The notes below the pieces were generated by a model. It saw only the letters and a program-made list of their open reading frames with translations, was not told the DNA's origin and ran no database searches. DNA of 64,000 bases from an uncultured Methanomicrobiaceae archaeon (GTDB lineage Archaea > Halobacteriota > Methanomicrobia > Methanomicrobiales > Methanoculleaceae): contig CAWGXH010000004.1 of NCBI GenBank assembly GCA_963826525.1, positions 896,001-960,000 of the forward strand. Direction: 5' to 3'. Positions 1 through 11,588 of this stretch are shown here, in pieces (the stretch's first letter is position 1; every line of letters starts with the position of its first letter). A program made the position numbers and the translations under genes.

Positions 1-918
1 ATAGTCTTCCCGATCTTCTTTGGACTGATCCTCGGTGATGTCGGGTACGGGTTGATCCTGCTCCTGCTTGCGTTCGGCCTGCGCAAGATCTTCACGTCTG
101 TAGAGGGTCGTCAACTTCTGATCTCGCTACGGAACGCCAGTATCGCGAGTATCATCTTCGGCCTGTTATTCAGCGAGATCATTGGCTTTCCGCTCCCGTG
201 GGCGCCGGTCATCTACAGCCGCCACCTCAACATAGGCGGTCATGCTTCGGAGCATGGAGCGCAGGTTGCGGAGCTGCTGATCATCTCTATCTGGATTGGT
301 ATTCTGCATATCACGTTCGGACGCATTCTTGGAATTCTCAATGCCAAGACCGTGTACCATGGCAAACACGCGAGGCAGGCAATGCTCTCAAACGCCGGAT
401 GGCTCGGCGTCATGTGGGGTATTCTTCTGATGATCTGGTCTCTGTACGCAATTCCGCTGATGCCCGATCTCTCCGGGCTTCCCGCGATTGTCATGGGCCT
501 GAATGCGGCGGCCATCCTTGGTGCCGTGCTCCTGTTAGGAGGCATCATCGCCATCGCCCAGGAGAATGCACTCGAAGTAATTGAAATCCCGACCATCATC
601 AGCCACGTGCTCTCCTATGCACGTCTGACCGCGGTGGGGCTTTCGTCGGTTGCCATCGCAATGGTGGTCAACTACATCGCCATCGACCTGATGATCGACC
701 CGCAGCTCGAAGAACTCAGCATTGTCGGTGTCCTCATCATCATCGTCGGTATCCTTGTCTTCCTCCTCGGACATACGCTGAACACGGCGCTTGGTATCCT
801 TGGCGGCGGACTGAACTCTATTCGTCTTCACTATGTCGAATTCTTCACCAAATTCTACAAAGGTGGAGGAAAGAAGTACAATCCCTTTGGAATGGAACAG
901 AAATTTACGGAGGAATAA
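1..918 (+). CDS. atpI: A-type ATP synthase subunit I (C-terminal part, 5' end outside window)
   Basis: Multi-TM; SYARL and RLHYVEFF.KFY motifs; first gene of ATP synthase cluster. Confidence 0.95.
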   Translation: MVFPIFFGLILGDVGYGLILLLLAFGLRKIFTSVEGRQLLISLRNASIASIIFGLLFSEIIGFPLPWAPVIYSRHLNIGGHASEHGAQVAELLIISIWIGILHITFGRILGILNAKTVYHGKHARQAMLSNAGWLGVMWGILLMIWSLYAIPLMPDLSGLPAIVMGLNAAAILGAVLLLGGIIAIAQENALEVIEIPTIISHVLSYARLTAVGLSSVAIAMVVNYIAIDLMIDPQLEELSIVGVLIIIVGILVFLLGHTLNTALGILGGGLNSIRLHYVEFFTKFYKGGGKKYNPFGMEQKFTEE

Positions 919-920
919 AA

Positions 921-1178
921 ATGGTAGATTTTGGCACAGCAGAACTTACTCTTGAAATGGTTCAGGCATCGCAGGTTGGTCTCAAGGCAGTCGGTGCAGG
1001 TCTCGCAGTAGGCCTTGCCGGCGTCGGTACTGGTCTCGGTGAGATGGGTATCGGTGCTGCCGCAGTTGGTGCGACGGCAGAGAACAAGGATATGTTCGGT
1101 CTGGCACTGCTCTTCACGGTCATTCCTGAGACTATCGTCATCTTCGGTCTTGTGGTCGCACTGCTGCTTCTGTTCTGA
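921..1178 (+). CDS. atpK: A-type ATP synthase proteolipid subunit K (c)
   Basis: Two Gly/Ala-rich TM helices, PET ion-binding motif. Confidence 0.95.
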   Translation: MVDFGTAELTLEMVQASQVGLKAVGAGLAVGLAGVGTGLGEMGIGAAAVGATAENKDMFGLALLFTVIPETIVIFGLVVALLLLF

Positions 1179-1189
1179 TGGAGTGAACC

Positions 1190-1769
1190 ATGGGACTTGA
1201 AGCTGTCGTCGATGAGATCAGGGAAAAAGGGCGAAGAGAGGTAGAGGCGATCCGGGCAGAGACCCGCAAAGACGTCGACGAGATTCTGCGTAACGCCCAG
1301 GGGCGTGCAGAATCCATCAAACTCGCCGCAGAGGAGGACGCTGAGCGCCAGGCGGCTCACATTGTGAACCAGGAGGTCTCCGCGGCAAACCTCATCGTCA
1401 AGCGGCAGGTCTTGAACGCCCAGAAGAAACTCCTTGATCAGGTCTATCAGGCCTCATTAGCCGCTGTCAGGGATCTCCCGGCAGATTTCCATAAGAAGGC
1501 TCTTGCCGGACTGCTCGAACAGGCAGCAGAAGAGATCGACGAGGGTGTGGTGCACTGCAATGAGCGGGATATCCCGGTGCTGCAGGATATCATCTCCTCA
1601 TCAAAAACCCTGAAGGGCTACAGCGTGGGTACGGCGGTCGATATCCCCGGCGGTATCATCGTCGAGAGTACGGATGGCGAGCTGCAGATCGACTACAGTT
1701 ACCGGACGTTTCTGAATGATGTATGGGAATCAGCAGCTGAAGGATGCATCTGATATCCTGTTCGGGTGA
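1190..1769 (+). CDS. atpE: A-type ATP synthase subunit E (apparent +1 frameshift near 1733; likely C-terminus ...LKDASDILFG)
   Basis: MGLEAVV start, coiled coil, GGIIV..DG..IDY motif; alternate frame gives a plausible C-terminus. Confidence 0.9.
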
Positions 1770-1781
1770 GGAGGCTCGGAG

Positions 1782-2837
1782 ATGGCAGAGATAAGTAGCG
1801 GATCGGCGCAGTACATTTACGTCTGCACCCGCATGCGGGTCCGGCGTTCGCAGCTGATACCGCGTGAGGATTATCTCCGCATGCTGAATATGAGCCTGCC
1901 TGAGATCACCCGGTTTATCGAAGATACCGGATACAAGGCCGAGATCGACGAGCTTGCTACCGCATTCTCCGGTATCGACCTCGTCGAGGTGGCCTTAAGC
2001 TGGAACCTTGCCAAAGAGTACCAGAACATCCTGAACATCACGCCCGGAAACCTGATGCGGTTCACCGCGAGTTACCTCCGGCGCTGGGATATCCAGAACG
2101 TTCTCACCATACTCCGTGGGAAGGCCCAGGGCATGTCTGCAGGGAAGATCCGCGAGGTTCTGATCCCTGCCGGTGCTCTCGATCGGGTATTCCTCGATCG
2201 CCTGCTCGTGGAAGACTCTCCTGAGCGGATCATCGAGGCTCTCAAGGGCACACGCCTCTATCCGGTGCTGGAGCGGGAGTTCCCCCGGGCACTTGAGACC
2301 GGTTCGTTTGCCCGCCTCGAGAACGAGCTCTACAAGGGCTACTACGAGCGTCTCCTCGCCGAGACGAAAGGTGGTGTCAAGGGTGGCCGGGTCTTCAGAA
2401 GTTATGTTCAGCTCGAGATCGATATCCGGAATATCCAGAACCTCTTCCGCCTTCGGGCACAGCGTGTCACGGAAGATGTGCGGGATATGATGATCCCCGG
2501 CGGTTCGTTCACGGTTGACGAGCTGCAACGGCTCGCTCTCGTCGAGAGCCGCGATGAGTTCATCGATGCCGTGAAGAAACAGGTGACGCTCCCTCCGCTG
2601 CTCCTCACACTTGAGGAGCTTCGGGGCGTCCGGTCGACTCATGAGGCGGAGATCGGACTTACCCGGGTCCAGCTGGAGCAGATGGATCGGATGTCCAAGC
2701 GATATCCCTTCTCAATCACTCCGATTCTGGCCTACCTTGAGCAGAAGAAGTACGAGGTTGCAAACCTGCGTGCACTTGCCCGAGGTAAGGAGGCGAACCT
2801 CCCGAGCGAGCGGATACAGGGCTATCTGGTGATGTAA
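1782..2837 (+). CDS. atpC: A-type ATP synthase subunit C
   Basis: WDI.N and EV.NLR motifs; operon position. Confidence 0.93.
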   Translation: MAEISSGSAQYIYVCTRMRVRRSQLIPREDYLRMLNMSLPEITRFIEDTGYKAEIDELATAFSGIDLVEVALSWNLAKEYQNILNITPGNLMRFTASYLRRWDIQNVLTILRGKAQGMSAGKIREVLIPAGALDRVFLDRLLVEDSPERIIEALKGTRLYPVLEREFPRALETGSFARLENELYKGYYERLLAETKGGVKGGRVFRSYVQLEIDIRNIQNLFRLRAQRVTEDVRDMMIPGGSFTVDELQRLALVESRDEFIDAVKKQVTLPPLLLTLEELRGVRSTHEAEIGLTRVQLEQMDRMSKRYPFSITPILAYLEQKKYEVANLRALARGKEANLPSERIQGYLVM

Positions 2838-3140
2838 ATGGAGATCGCAGTAATCGGAAACAGCGAATTCATCCTCGGGTTCCGGCTCGCCGGCGTGCAG
2901 AAGACGTACGCCGCCGAGACCGACGAGCGACTGATCGACTACATCAACCGGGTGCTTGGAGATAAGGAAGTCGGCATCCTCGTCCTGGAAGGCAAAAATA
3001 TGGAGCGGATCCCCCAGAGGCTCCGCACCACCCTTGAAAACTCCGTGAAACCGACCGTGATCACGATCGGCGGAGGAGAGGGTGGCCTGTCCATGCGAGA
3101 GAGAATTAAGAGATCGGTGGGTGTTGATCTGTGGAAGTAA
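2838..3140 (+). CDS. atpF: A-type ATP synthase subunit F
   Basis: MEIAVIG...GFRLAG; ends SVGVDLWK. Confidence 0.95.
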   Translation: MEIAVIGNSEFILGFRLAGVQKTYAAETDERLIDYINRVLGDKEVGILVLEGKNMERIPQRLRTTLENSVKPTVITIGGGEGGLSMRERIKRSVGVDLWK

Positions 3141-4895
3141 TAGAGAAAGCAACTGAAACAAGAGGAAAGGGTGTCCTGAAACGAATTTCGGGCCCTGTGG
3201 TCACCGCGGTCGGCCTGGATGCGCACATGTACGATGTGGTGAAGGTCGGCGTCGAGGAGCTGATGGGGGAGGTCATCAAGATCCAGCGTGAGAACGTCAT
3301 TATCCAGGTCTACGAGGATACCTCCGGTATCAAGCCCGGCGAGCCTGTCGAGAACACCGGCCTGTCACTGGCGGTCGAGCTCGGCCCCGGTCTTCTGACC
3401 AGTATCTACGACGGTATTCAGCGTCCCCTTGAGGTGCTTGTTGACAAGATGGGCAACTTCATCGAGCGCGGTGTCTCCGCACCGGGTCTCTCTCACGAGA
3501 AGAAGTGGGAGTTTAAGCCGCTCGTTAAGCAGGGCGACATGGTCGGCCCCGGCGAGGTCATCGGCGAGGTCCAGGAGACGAATATCGTCCACAAGATCAT
3601 GGTGCCGCCGAACAGGAAGGGCGGGAAGATCAAGAGTATCCAGTCCGGCAGCTATACCGTCGACGAGACGGTCTGCGTGTTTGAGGACGGAACCGAGATG
3701 ACCATGATGCAGCGCTGGCCTGTCCGTGTCCCGCGCCCGGTTGCCGTGAAGATGAACCCCGACATTCCGCTGATCACCGGTCAGCGAATTCTCGATGGTC
3801 TCTTCCCGATCGCAAAGGGCGGAACGGCCGCTATCCCGGGTCCTTTCGGCAGCGGCAAGACGGTCACCCAGCAGCAGCTTGCGAAGTGGTCCGACGCCGA
3901 GATCGTGGTCTACATCGGCTGCGGTGAGCGCGGTAACGAGATGACCGAGGTTCTGACGGAGTTCCCGGAGCTCGAGGACCCGAAGACCGGCAAGCCGCTG
4001 ATGGAGCGGACGGTGCTGATCGCAAACACCTCGAACATGCCCGTGGCAGCCCGTGAGGCATCCGTCTATACGGGCATAACCATCGCGGAGTACTTCCGTG
4101 ACATGGGTTACGACGTCTCCCTGATGGCCGACTCGACCTCACGTTGGGCGGAAGCGATGCGTGAGATCTCGTCCCGGCTTGAGGAGATGCCCGGTGAGGA
4201 AGGGTACCCTGCATATCTTGCGGCACGCCTCTCGGAATTCTACGAGCGTGCAGGCCTCGTCAAGACGCTGAGCAACGAGAAGGGTTCTGTCTCGGTTATC
4301 GGTGCGGTCTCGCCACCCGGCGGTGACTTCTCCGAGCCGGTTACGCAGAATACTCTCCGTATCGTAAAGGTCTTCTGGGCACTTGACGCCAAGCTCTCGC
4401 AGCGTCGTCACTTCCCGGCCATCAACTGGTTGAACTCCTACTCACTCTACCTGGACACGCTCCACGACTGGTACGACCGTGAGGTCTCTCCTGAGTGGAA
4501 TTCCTTACGCTCATGGGCGATGGAGGTCCTCCAGAAAGAGGCCGAGCTCCAGGAGATCGTCCAGCTGGTCGGATCCGATGCATTGCCCGACGAGGAGCAG
4601 ATCACCATCGAGGTTGCCAGGATGATCCGTGAGATCTTCCTCCAGCAGAATGCCTACGATGCGGTCGATACCTTCTGTCCGATGTCCAAGCAGTACGACA
4701 TGATGAAGGCGATCAAGACCTACGCCGATCTTGCCCGCGCCGCACAGGCAGCAGGCGCGACCCCGCAGCAGGTCATCAGCGTGAAGACGAAGAACGAGCT
4801 TCCGCAGATCAAGTTCATCAAGGACTATGAGCCCGTTCTTGCGAAGATCATGAAGGACATGGAAGTCTGAATTCAACACACTGAGGGCGGCTTAA
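3131..4895 (+). CDS. atpA: A-type ATP synthase subunit A (apparent frameshift at ~4866; ORF stop 4870, likely true stop 4895)
   Basis: Walker [25 protein letters not shown]; no intein seen. Confidence 0.97.
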
Positions 4896-4896
4896 C

Positions 4897-6282
4897 ATGA
4901 AGGAGTACAGAACGGTAACACAGATTGCGGGCCCTCTTGTCTTTGTCGAGAAGACCGAACCGATCGGCTACGGTGAACTCGTCAATATCTCCCTCGCTGA
5001 CGGAACGATGAAGCGCGGGCAGGTTCTCGATACCAGCGACGACCTTGTCGTGGTGCAGGTCTTCGAAACCACCGCAGGTATCGGCAGGGACAGCGGTATC
5101 CGCTTCACCGGCGAGACGATCAAGATGCCGGTAGGTAAAGAGATGCTCGGCCGAATCCTCTCCGGAGGCGGTAAACCGATCGACGGCGGTCCCGAGATCG
5201 TCCCCGAGAAGCGCCTTGATATCACCGGCGCTGCCATCAACCCCTATGCGCGGAGCTCCCCGGAGGATTTCATCCAGACCGGTATCTCCACGATCGACGG
5301 CACCAATACCCTCGTCCGTGGTCAGAAGCTCCCGATCTTCTCGGGTTCCGGTCTCCCGCACAACGATGTGGCGCTGCAGATCGCCCGTCAGGCGAAGGTG
5401 CCCGGTTCTACGGAAGAATTTGCCGTGGTCTTCGCTGCGATGGGTATCACCCGTGAAGAGGCCAACTACTTCATGGCCGACTTTGAGAAGACCGGGGCAC
5501 TCGAGCGTGCCGTCGTCTTCTTAAACCTTGCAGACGACCCGGCAGTCGAGCGTATCATCACGCCGCGGCTGGCACTCACGACCGCAGAATACCTGGCATT
5601 CGAACTTGGATACCACGTGCTGGTTATCCTGACCGATATGACCAACTACTGCGAGGCGCTCCGTCAGATCGGTGCCGCTCGTGAGGAAGTGCCCGGCCGT
5701 CGTGGGTATCCGGGATACATGTACACCGACCTTGCCAGCATCTACGAGCGTGCCGGTATCATCAAGGGCGTCAAGGGCTCTGTAACCCAGATTCCGATCC
5801 TGACGATGCCGGGTGACGATATCACGCACCCGATCCCCGACCTGACTGGGTACATCACCGAGGGTCAGATCGTGGTCAACCGTGATCTGCACCGGAAGGG
5901 TATCTACCCGCCCATCAACGTACTGCCGTCCCTCTCCCGTCTGATGAACCTCGGTATCGGCAAGGGCCATACCCGCGAAGATCACAAGAAGGTCTCCGAC
6001 CAGCTCTATGCAGCCTATGCAGAGGGTAACGATCTGCGCGGCCTTGTGGCCATCGTCGGTAAGGACGCACTCTCGGAGCGCGACAGGACGTTCCTTGAGT
6101 TTGCCGATCTCTTCGAAGACCGGTTCGTCCGCCAGGGACTCTACGTGGACCGGACGATCGAGGAGACGCTCGACACCGGCTGGGAACTCCTGGCAACGCT
6201 GCCGGAAGAGCAGCTCGTGCGTATCGACCGCGAACTGATCCAGAAGTATCACCCGAAGTACCGGAAGAAAGTGCAGGGGTAA
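4897..6282 (+). CDS. atpB: A-type ATP synthase subunit B
   Basis: [24 protein letters not shown]. Confidence 0.97.
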   Translation: MKEYRTVTQIAGPLVFVEKTEPIGYGELVNISLADGTMKRGQVLDTSDDLVVVQVFETTAGIGRDSGIRFTGETIKMPVGKEMLGRILSGGGKPIDGGPEIVPEKRLDITGAAINPYARSSPEDFIQTGISTIDGTNTLVRGQKLPIFSGSGLPHNDVALQIARQAKVPGSTEEFAVVFAAMGITREEANYFMADFEKTGALERAVVFLNLADDPAVERIITPRLALTTAEYLAFELGYHVLVILTDMTNYCEALRQIGAAREEVPGRRGYPGYMYTDLASIYERAGIIKGVKGSVTQIPILTMPGDDITHPIPDLTGYITEGQIVVNRDLHRKGIYPPINVLPSLSRLMNLGIGKGHTREDHKKVSDQLYAAYAEGNDLRGLVAIVGKDALSERDRTFLEFADLFEDRFVRQGLYVDRTIEETLDTGWELLATLPEEQLVRIDRELIQKYHPKYRKKVQG

Positions 6283-6288
6283 GTATCC

Positions 6289-6918
6289 ATGGCGCTGCGA
6301 GACCTCAAGCCAACCCGTTCCGAGCTGATCAGCATCAAGCGGCGGATCAAGCTCTCGGAGCGTGGCTACAACATCCTCAAGATGAAGCGCGATGGACTGA
6401 TCCTTGAATTCTTCAAAGTGCTGCAGCAGGCGAAAGACAGCCGCGGCGCAATGCAGGAACGCTACCAGAGGGCGGTCGAGATGATCGCCCTCGCCAATAC
6501 CGTCGAGGGTGCGATCGGTGTGAAATCCGCCGCATTCTCGGCCGCGGATGTTCCGCAGATCACGCTCATGAGCAAGAACATCATGGGTGTGGTCGTGCCG
6601 GAGATAGAGTCTTCATCCGTCCGGAAGAACCTGACCGAACGCGGGTACGGCGTCCTCGGCACCTCGTCGGTCATCGACGAGACGGCGGAGGCGTTTGAGG
6701 AGCTGCTCGAGAGCATCATCGAGGCGGCGGAGATCGAGACGACGATGAAGCGGCTGCTCGACGAGATCGAGAGCACAAAGCGGCGTGTGAACGCCCTGGA
6801 GTTCAAAGTCATCCCCGAACTTTCCGAAGCCAGAGACTTCATCAAGATGCGGCTCGATGAGATGGAACGTGAAGAGCTCTTCCGCCTGAAAAAGATTAAG
6901 GCTCGAAGCTCCGCATAG
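6289..6918 (+). CDS. atpD: A-type ATP synthase subunit D
   Basis: PTR.EL, LK.KRD, TKRRVNALE. Confidence 0.96.
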   Translation: MALRDLKPTRSELISIKRRIKLSERGYNILKMKRDGLILEFFKVLQQAKDSRGAMQERYQRAVEMIALANTVEGAIGVKSAAFSAADVPQITLMSKNIMGVVVPEIESSSVRKNLTERGYGVLGTSSVIDETAEAFEELLESIIEAAEIETTMKRLLDEIESTKRRVNALEFKVIPELSEARDFIKMRLDEMEREELFRLKKIKARSSA

Positions 6919-6935
6919 AGTACAGGTGATGTCCG

Positions 6936-8150
6936 TTGGAGATCGGCACAATGGGTGATATGGGGAGTCGGAGCGGAACGGTCATGCTCCGTGTCGACTT
7001 CAATTCCCCTATCGATCCCTCTTCTCATCTTATTCTTGACGATAAACGGTTTCGGGAGCATCTACCGACGGTTCAGGCGCTCGAAGATACGAAACTCGTC
7101 GTCCTCACGCACCAGAGCCGCCCGGGAAAGAAGGATTTTACCGCCCTCGAGGCGCATGCGGAGAAGCTGGAACGGCTCAGCGGCCGTCCCGTAACATACA
7201 TCGACGATATCTTCGGGTCGTGTGCACGGGAGACTATCCGTGGCATGAAGCGGGGAGATATCGTGATGCTCGAGAACCTCCGGTTCAATGCCGAAGAGAA
7301 TTTAACGCTCAAGCCGGAGGAGGCGAAGAAGACCATTCTTGTCCGGAAATTGGCAGCCATGGCGGATTTGTACGTGAACGATGCCTTCGGCACGGCACAC
7401 CGCTCACAGCCCTCGATCGTGGGATTGCCGCTCGCCGTAAAGACTGTTGCCGGCCTCCTTATGGAGCGGGAGGTCGCTTCGCTCTCCCGCGTCTTTTCCG
7501 GCGCTCCACGCCCGGTGACGTTCGTTCTCGGCGGGACGAAGGTAGATGACTCCGTTAAGGTTGCGGAAAACGTGCTCTCGAACGGGATTGCCGACCAGGT
7601 GGTCGTGACCGGTGTCGTCGCGAACGTCTTTTTGATGGCAGAAGGCTACGATATCGGCAGGCCGTCGACCCAGCTCATCGAGCAGCTCAAGTACTGCGGC
7701 GAGGCGGTGAGAGCACGGCAGCTGCTGGCAGAGTATCCGGGTCGCATCCTGATCCCGGAGACGGTTGCTGTTCGGGAAAGCGACGTCCGTGAAGAGTATC
7801 CGGTCGATGCAATCCCTGCCAATGCACCGGTGCTCGACCTCGGCGCCGAGTCGGCTGCGACGCTTGCGGCACGAATCCGGGAATCAGGAACGGTTGTCTT
7901 GAACGGTCCTGCCGGACTCTTTGAGGAGGAGGCATTTGCAGCCGGGACGTTCGAGATTGTCAGGGCAGCATCTACTGTGGAGTTCTCGGTGGTCGGCGGC
8001 GGTCACACCGCGGTTGCCATTGAGAAACTCGATCTTGAGGATGCGTTTACTCATATCTCAACCGGCGGTGGGGCGTGCATCGAGTTCCTGACCGGGAAGA
8101 AGCTCCCCGCCATCAGGGCGATGGAGATGTCGCGAGAGATCTTCGGGTGA
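6936..8150 (+). CDS. pgk: Phosphoglycerate kinase
   Basis: RVDFNSP, LENLRF, NDAFGTAHR, HISTGGGA; SD AGGTGA before TTG. Confidence 0.96.
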   Translation: MEIGTMGDMGSRSGTVMLRVDFNSPIDPSSHLILDDKRFREHLPTVQALEDTKLVVLTHQSRPGKKDFTALEAHAEKLERLSGRPVTYIDDIFGSCARETIRGMKRGDIVMLENLRFNAEENLTLKPEEAKKTILVRKLAAMADLYVNDAFGTAHRSQPSIVGLPLAVKTVAGLLMEREVASLSRVFSGAPRPVTFVLGGTKVDDSVKVAENVLSNGIADQVVVTGVVANVFLMAEGYDIGRPSTQLIEQLKYCGEAVRARQLLAEYPGRILIPETVAVRESDVREEYPVDAIPANAPVLDLGAESAATLAARIRESGTVVLNGPAGLFEEEAFAAGTFEIVRAASTVEFSVVGGGHTAVAIEKLDLEDAFTHISTGGGACIEFLTGKKLPAIRAMEMSREIFG

Positions 8151-8211
8151 GCCTAGGCTCACCTCCGGTTTTTCTTCCGTATCGCGGCGCACAAAAAAGA
8201 GTCGATGACAT

Positions 8212-9110
8212 ATGAGTTCTCTATCTGCACGACCGTTTCTGAAGTGGGCGGGGGGAAAGACGCAGCTTCTGGATACGCTGGTGCCCCGGCTTCCAACCGG
8301 CCATGGTTCAGGGCCCATCCGACGGTACATCGAGCCCTTTCTCGGGGGCGGAGCGGTTTTTTTGCAGTCGCAGGGGGGTATGATGTTGAAGAGAGTTTCC
8401 TTTTCGATGTCAATGCGGAGCTTGTGCTCATCTACCGTGCCGTGTAGCAGGATGTCGAAGGACTGATTGAAGAACTCCGTGTTCTTGAGGCCGCGTATCT
8501 GCCGCTTTCCGATGAAGAACAGCGAGGCTTTTACTACAGCCAGCGCGACCGATTCAATCATGCGGGGCGGTCTTCGGACTATAATCTCTCTAACCGGGCT
8601 GCAATGTTCCTTTTTCCGAACCGAACCTGCTTCAACGGCCTCTTCCGGGTCAACTCACACGGCCGGTTCAACGTTCCTCAGGGGCGCTACCATAACCCTC
8701 CGTATCCTCATGCGGAGAATCTCCGGGCGGTCTCCGGACTCCTTGCACGGGTGACGATCCGGCAGGGAGACTTTACGGAATCGCTTCCCTTCGTCGACGA
8801 ACAGACTTTCATCTATATCGACCCGCCATATCGGCCGCTCTCGACCACCGCGAAGTTCACGTCGTACGCCAAAAATACGTTTACCGATGCCGATCAGATC
8901 CGGCTCGCGGGATTCTGCAGGAAGGTAGATGTTGCCGGTGCACGGTTCATGCTCAGCAACTCCGATCCCCGCAATACCGATCCCGGCGATTCGTTCTTTG
9001 ATGACCTCTATAGGGGATTTTCTATTGAACGTGTCTCTGCCCGGCGTGCCATCAACAGGAACGGAAGTGGGCGGTGCAGCCTCACCGAGATCGTCGTGAC
9101 GAAACTTCTG
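8212..9110 (+). pseudogene. dam: Dam-family DNA adenine methyltransferase, disrupted
   Basis: LKWAGGK, EPFLGGG, FNGLFRVN, DPPY motifs; frameshift in T run ~8380, in-frame TAG 8445-8447, frameshift ~9103. Confidence 0.85.
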
Positions 9111-9570
9111 ACTCCCGGAGTGGAATGTCTGCGGCGCTCGTCAGTTATGCTGAAAGAAAGGGTTTGGGGTAGAGACCAGCACCCGGGAGGTACCTGTGTG
9201 GCCCGGCGTTGTACTGAAAGTCCTGTTCTCTGAGTCGGTGTGGTGTAGGGATTGCTGAACGCTGATGTACCGTTCGGACATCGAATCGCTGGATTGGTAG
9301 TGGTATTGAACTCTGATTGATGAGTGTATCAGTGATAGGGTGTGGAAACTGAAACACACGGGTGCGGTCGTACCCTGAACTACTATTTATTATCTGTATT
9401 ATATAATGCCGACCCATTATTGTATCTCTTTATATTTGTCTCAGAATAAAAATTAGTGCCTCTGGAAGTGTCGGTGGTACAAATAAACTCTATCAAACGA
9501 CTTGCTTGTGGACACAACAACTTTATATTCTGCAGTGCAGTTATGGCCGCCGGGCACTGCTGGACTCGTG

Positions 9571-10428
9571 CTACTCACGGAGCAGTGCTATCCGTGACCC
9601 GACGGGGACGCCCACATCCCGGGCGATCGGTTCGCATTTCACCGACATCATATACGCGACCGGGGGGAGATCGGTATAGTCTGAGAGCGACTCGTAGTTC
9701 GCCATACCCTTGGCGATGACGATCGTGCAGCGATCAAGCGCACCCGCGAGATCGGGAGGGATGAGGTCCCTATTGAGGCCGAGCTCTGCGATGCCGTCGC
9801 TCGTCGTGGTCAGGAGATCTGCCCGGCGGTCGATGCCAAGGTCTCGCGCGTCGGTGAGCGTTGCATCGTTCAGGATGGGAGCTCCCCGCACGGCGAGGGT
9901 GACCTCGGCACCGTGCGCTTTGAGGTAGTCGACGAGAAGGGTATCAAAGACGATCTCACCGCAGTTATCGGCGAGATAGACGACCCGGGAGGTGAGCGTC
10001 TCGATCGCATCGGTGTCGTCGATGGAGAGCCCTGCCGAGAACTCCCGCCTGAAGAACTCAACGAAGTTATCGGTGACCGTATGCGCCATCGAGCCGTAGT
10101 CCAGCGTGTTGCCGATGATGGCGGCGAGCGCGCGGTCCCGGAATGTCGACAGGTCTCCCCTGATCTGTTGGCATACGCCGATGGCATCGCTGTTGTTGGC
10201 CCGTTTCAGTGAGCGGTAGGGATCGGCATCCCCGGCCATCCGGTAGGCGAGCCGGTGAACCTGGCTTGCGATCACCGGTGCCGGAACAGGCAGGTCGTGC
10301 AGCGTGGCAAGCAGCGCGCGGCAGGCCTCGACGATCTCTCCGATCCGATCTTCGTCCGACGTCACCAACCGTGATTCGTATGCCACACGGGAAAGGAGAC
10401 ACTCGGTGCATCCGGGCTTGAATCTCAT
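9571..10428 (-). CDS. DUF89/ARMT1-family damage-control phosphatase
   Basis: N-terminal CxxC, GN.LD, DN.GE, KGMANYE. Confidence 0.9.
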   Translation of the reverse strand: MRFKPGCTECLLSRVAYESRLVTSDEDRIGEIVEACRALLATLHDLPVPAPVIASQVHRLAYRMAGDADPYRSLKRANNSDAIGVCQQIRGDLSTFRDRALAAIIGNTLDYGSMAHTVTDNFVEFFRREFSAGLSIDDTDAIETLTSRVVYLADNCGEIVFDTLLVDYLKAHGAEVTLAVRGAPILNDATLTDARDLGIDRRADLLTTTSDGIAELGLNRDLIPPDLAGALDRCTIVIAKGMANYESLSDYTDLPPVAYMMSVKCEPIARDVGVPVGSRIALLRE

Positions 10429-10469
10429 GATCGTACTGATCGAACCTTGAGCAACAAAAAAGGTGTCAA

Positions 10470-10543
10470 TGGGGCCACTGCGATTTGAACGCAGGTCAGA
10501 AGACCCCCAGTCTCCTAGGATGGCCAGGCTACCCTATGGCCCC
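10470..10543 (-). tRNA. tRNA-Pro(GGG)
   Basis: Reverse complement folds as cloverleaf: acceptor GGGGCCA/TGGCCCC, anticodon arm GGAGA-CTGGGGG-TCTTC, T-loop TTCAAAT. Confidence 0.95.
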
Positions 10544-10608
10544 GCCTATACAGTTTGGATCTGAATAACATATGTAGTTTCGCTTCTGTAACGGCGAAAG
10601 GGTGGTGG

Positions 10609-10806
10609 TCAGATCTTCATCATCTTGTACTCTTCCACGTTGCGGGTCAGCTGTTCGAGTTCGGTTCCGGTAACTTCCATCCTGCTGCTGATCTCTTTCA
10701 TTTCGTTGAGGAGTTGCTGAATCCGCACGTACATCACATACATAATGAATAGCAGGCTGATGATGATGAGTGAAAGGATCACGATCATAATGCTGTCTAT
10801 TGTCAT
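10609..10806 (-). CDS. Small membrane-anchored coiled-coil protein downstream of minD
   Basis: One N-terminal TM helix then a heptad-like region; 2 nt after minD stop. Confidence 0.75.
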   Translation of the reverse strand: MTIDSIMIVILSLIIISLLFIMYVMYVRIQQLLNEMKEISSRMEVTGTELEQLTRNVEEYKMMKI

Positions 10807-10808
10807 GG

Positions 10809-11588
10809 TTATCTCCTGAATAACGTTCGAGCAAGCCGCTCGACAAATCCTTCCCTCTTCTCTTCGACGGGCTCGTCATATTCGATCCCGGCAAGCGTTG
10901 CAGCTATACGCCGAAACGCTATGGATGAGGGTGAATCCGGGTATTTGATCACGACCGGGGTCTTGTAGGTCGAGGAGCGGCGCACATTCGGGTCCTCGGG
11001 GATCACATCGATGATCGGCACACCAAGGACCTTCTGGATCTTCTGTCTGGAGAGATCGGTGTTTTCAAGGCTCGCCCGGTTGAGAATGGCACCTCTGACA
11101 GTTCCTCCGACCATTTCGGTCAGGATCTTGACTTTCAGGGCGTCGACGAGCGAGGAGATCTCGGGATTGACCACCAGGATGACCTCATCGGCGACGGCAA
11201 GCGGGATGACCGCATCGCTGCCGAGCCCGGCGGGTGCGTCGAGGAGCAGATAATCGCAACGGCTGACGAGATCACGCATCACATCCTTCAGTCGCTGGGG
11301 GTCTGCCTCCTGGAACCCCTTGAGCGAGATCCCGCTCGGCACCACCTTCAGTCCGTGCGGTCCGTCGTAGATTGCATCCTGAATCTTTGCTTTTCCCGCG
11401 AGCACTTCGTGCAGGGTGGTCGATGCATTCTCAAGGCCAAGTACAAGCCCGAGGTTTGCCATCCCTACGTCGACATCGACGATGTACGTCTCCTTACCAT
11501 AGTAAGCGAGTGCTGTTCCGAGATTTGCAGTGACTGTCGTCTTTCCGGTCCCGCCTTTACCCGAGGCGATTGTGAAGGCTCTGATCAT
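10809..11588 (-). CDS. minD: MinD/ParA-family ATPase
   Basis: Deviant Walker A KGGTGKT, DAPAG, C-terminal amphipathic helix GFVERLARTLFRR. Confidence 0.92.
   Translation of the reverse strand: MIRAFTIASGKGGTGKTTVTANLGTALAYYGKETYIVDVDVGMANLGLVLGLENASTTLHEVLAGKAKIQDAIYDGPHGLKVVPSGISLKGFQEADPQRLKDVMRDLVSRCDYLLLDAPAGLGSDAVIPLAVADEVILVVNPEISSLVDALKVKILTEMVGGTVRGAILNRASLENTDLSRQKIQKVLGVPIIDVIPEDPNVRRSSTYKTPVVIKYPDSPSSIAFRRIAATLAGIEYDEPVEEKREGFVERLARTLFRR

Noticed and set aside
9240-9360. C/D box sRNA (TGATGA ... CTGA)
   Set aside because: Spacing is too short for two guides and there is no clear D'/C' pair or terminal stem
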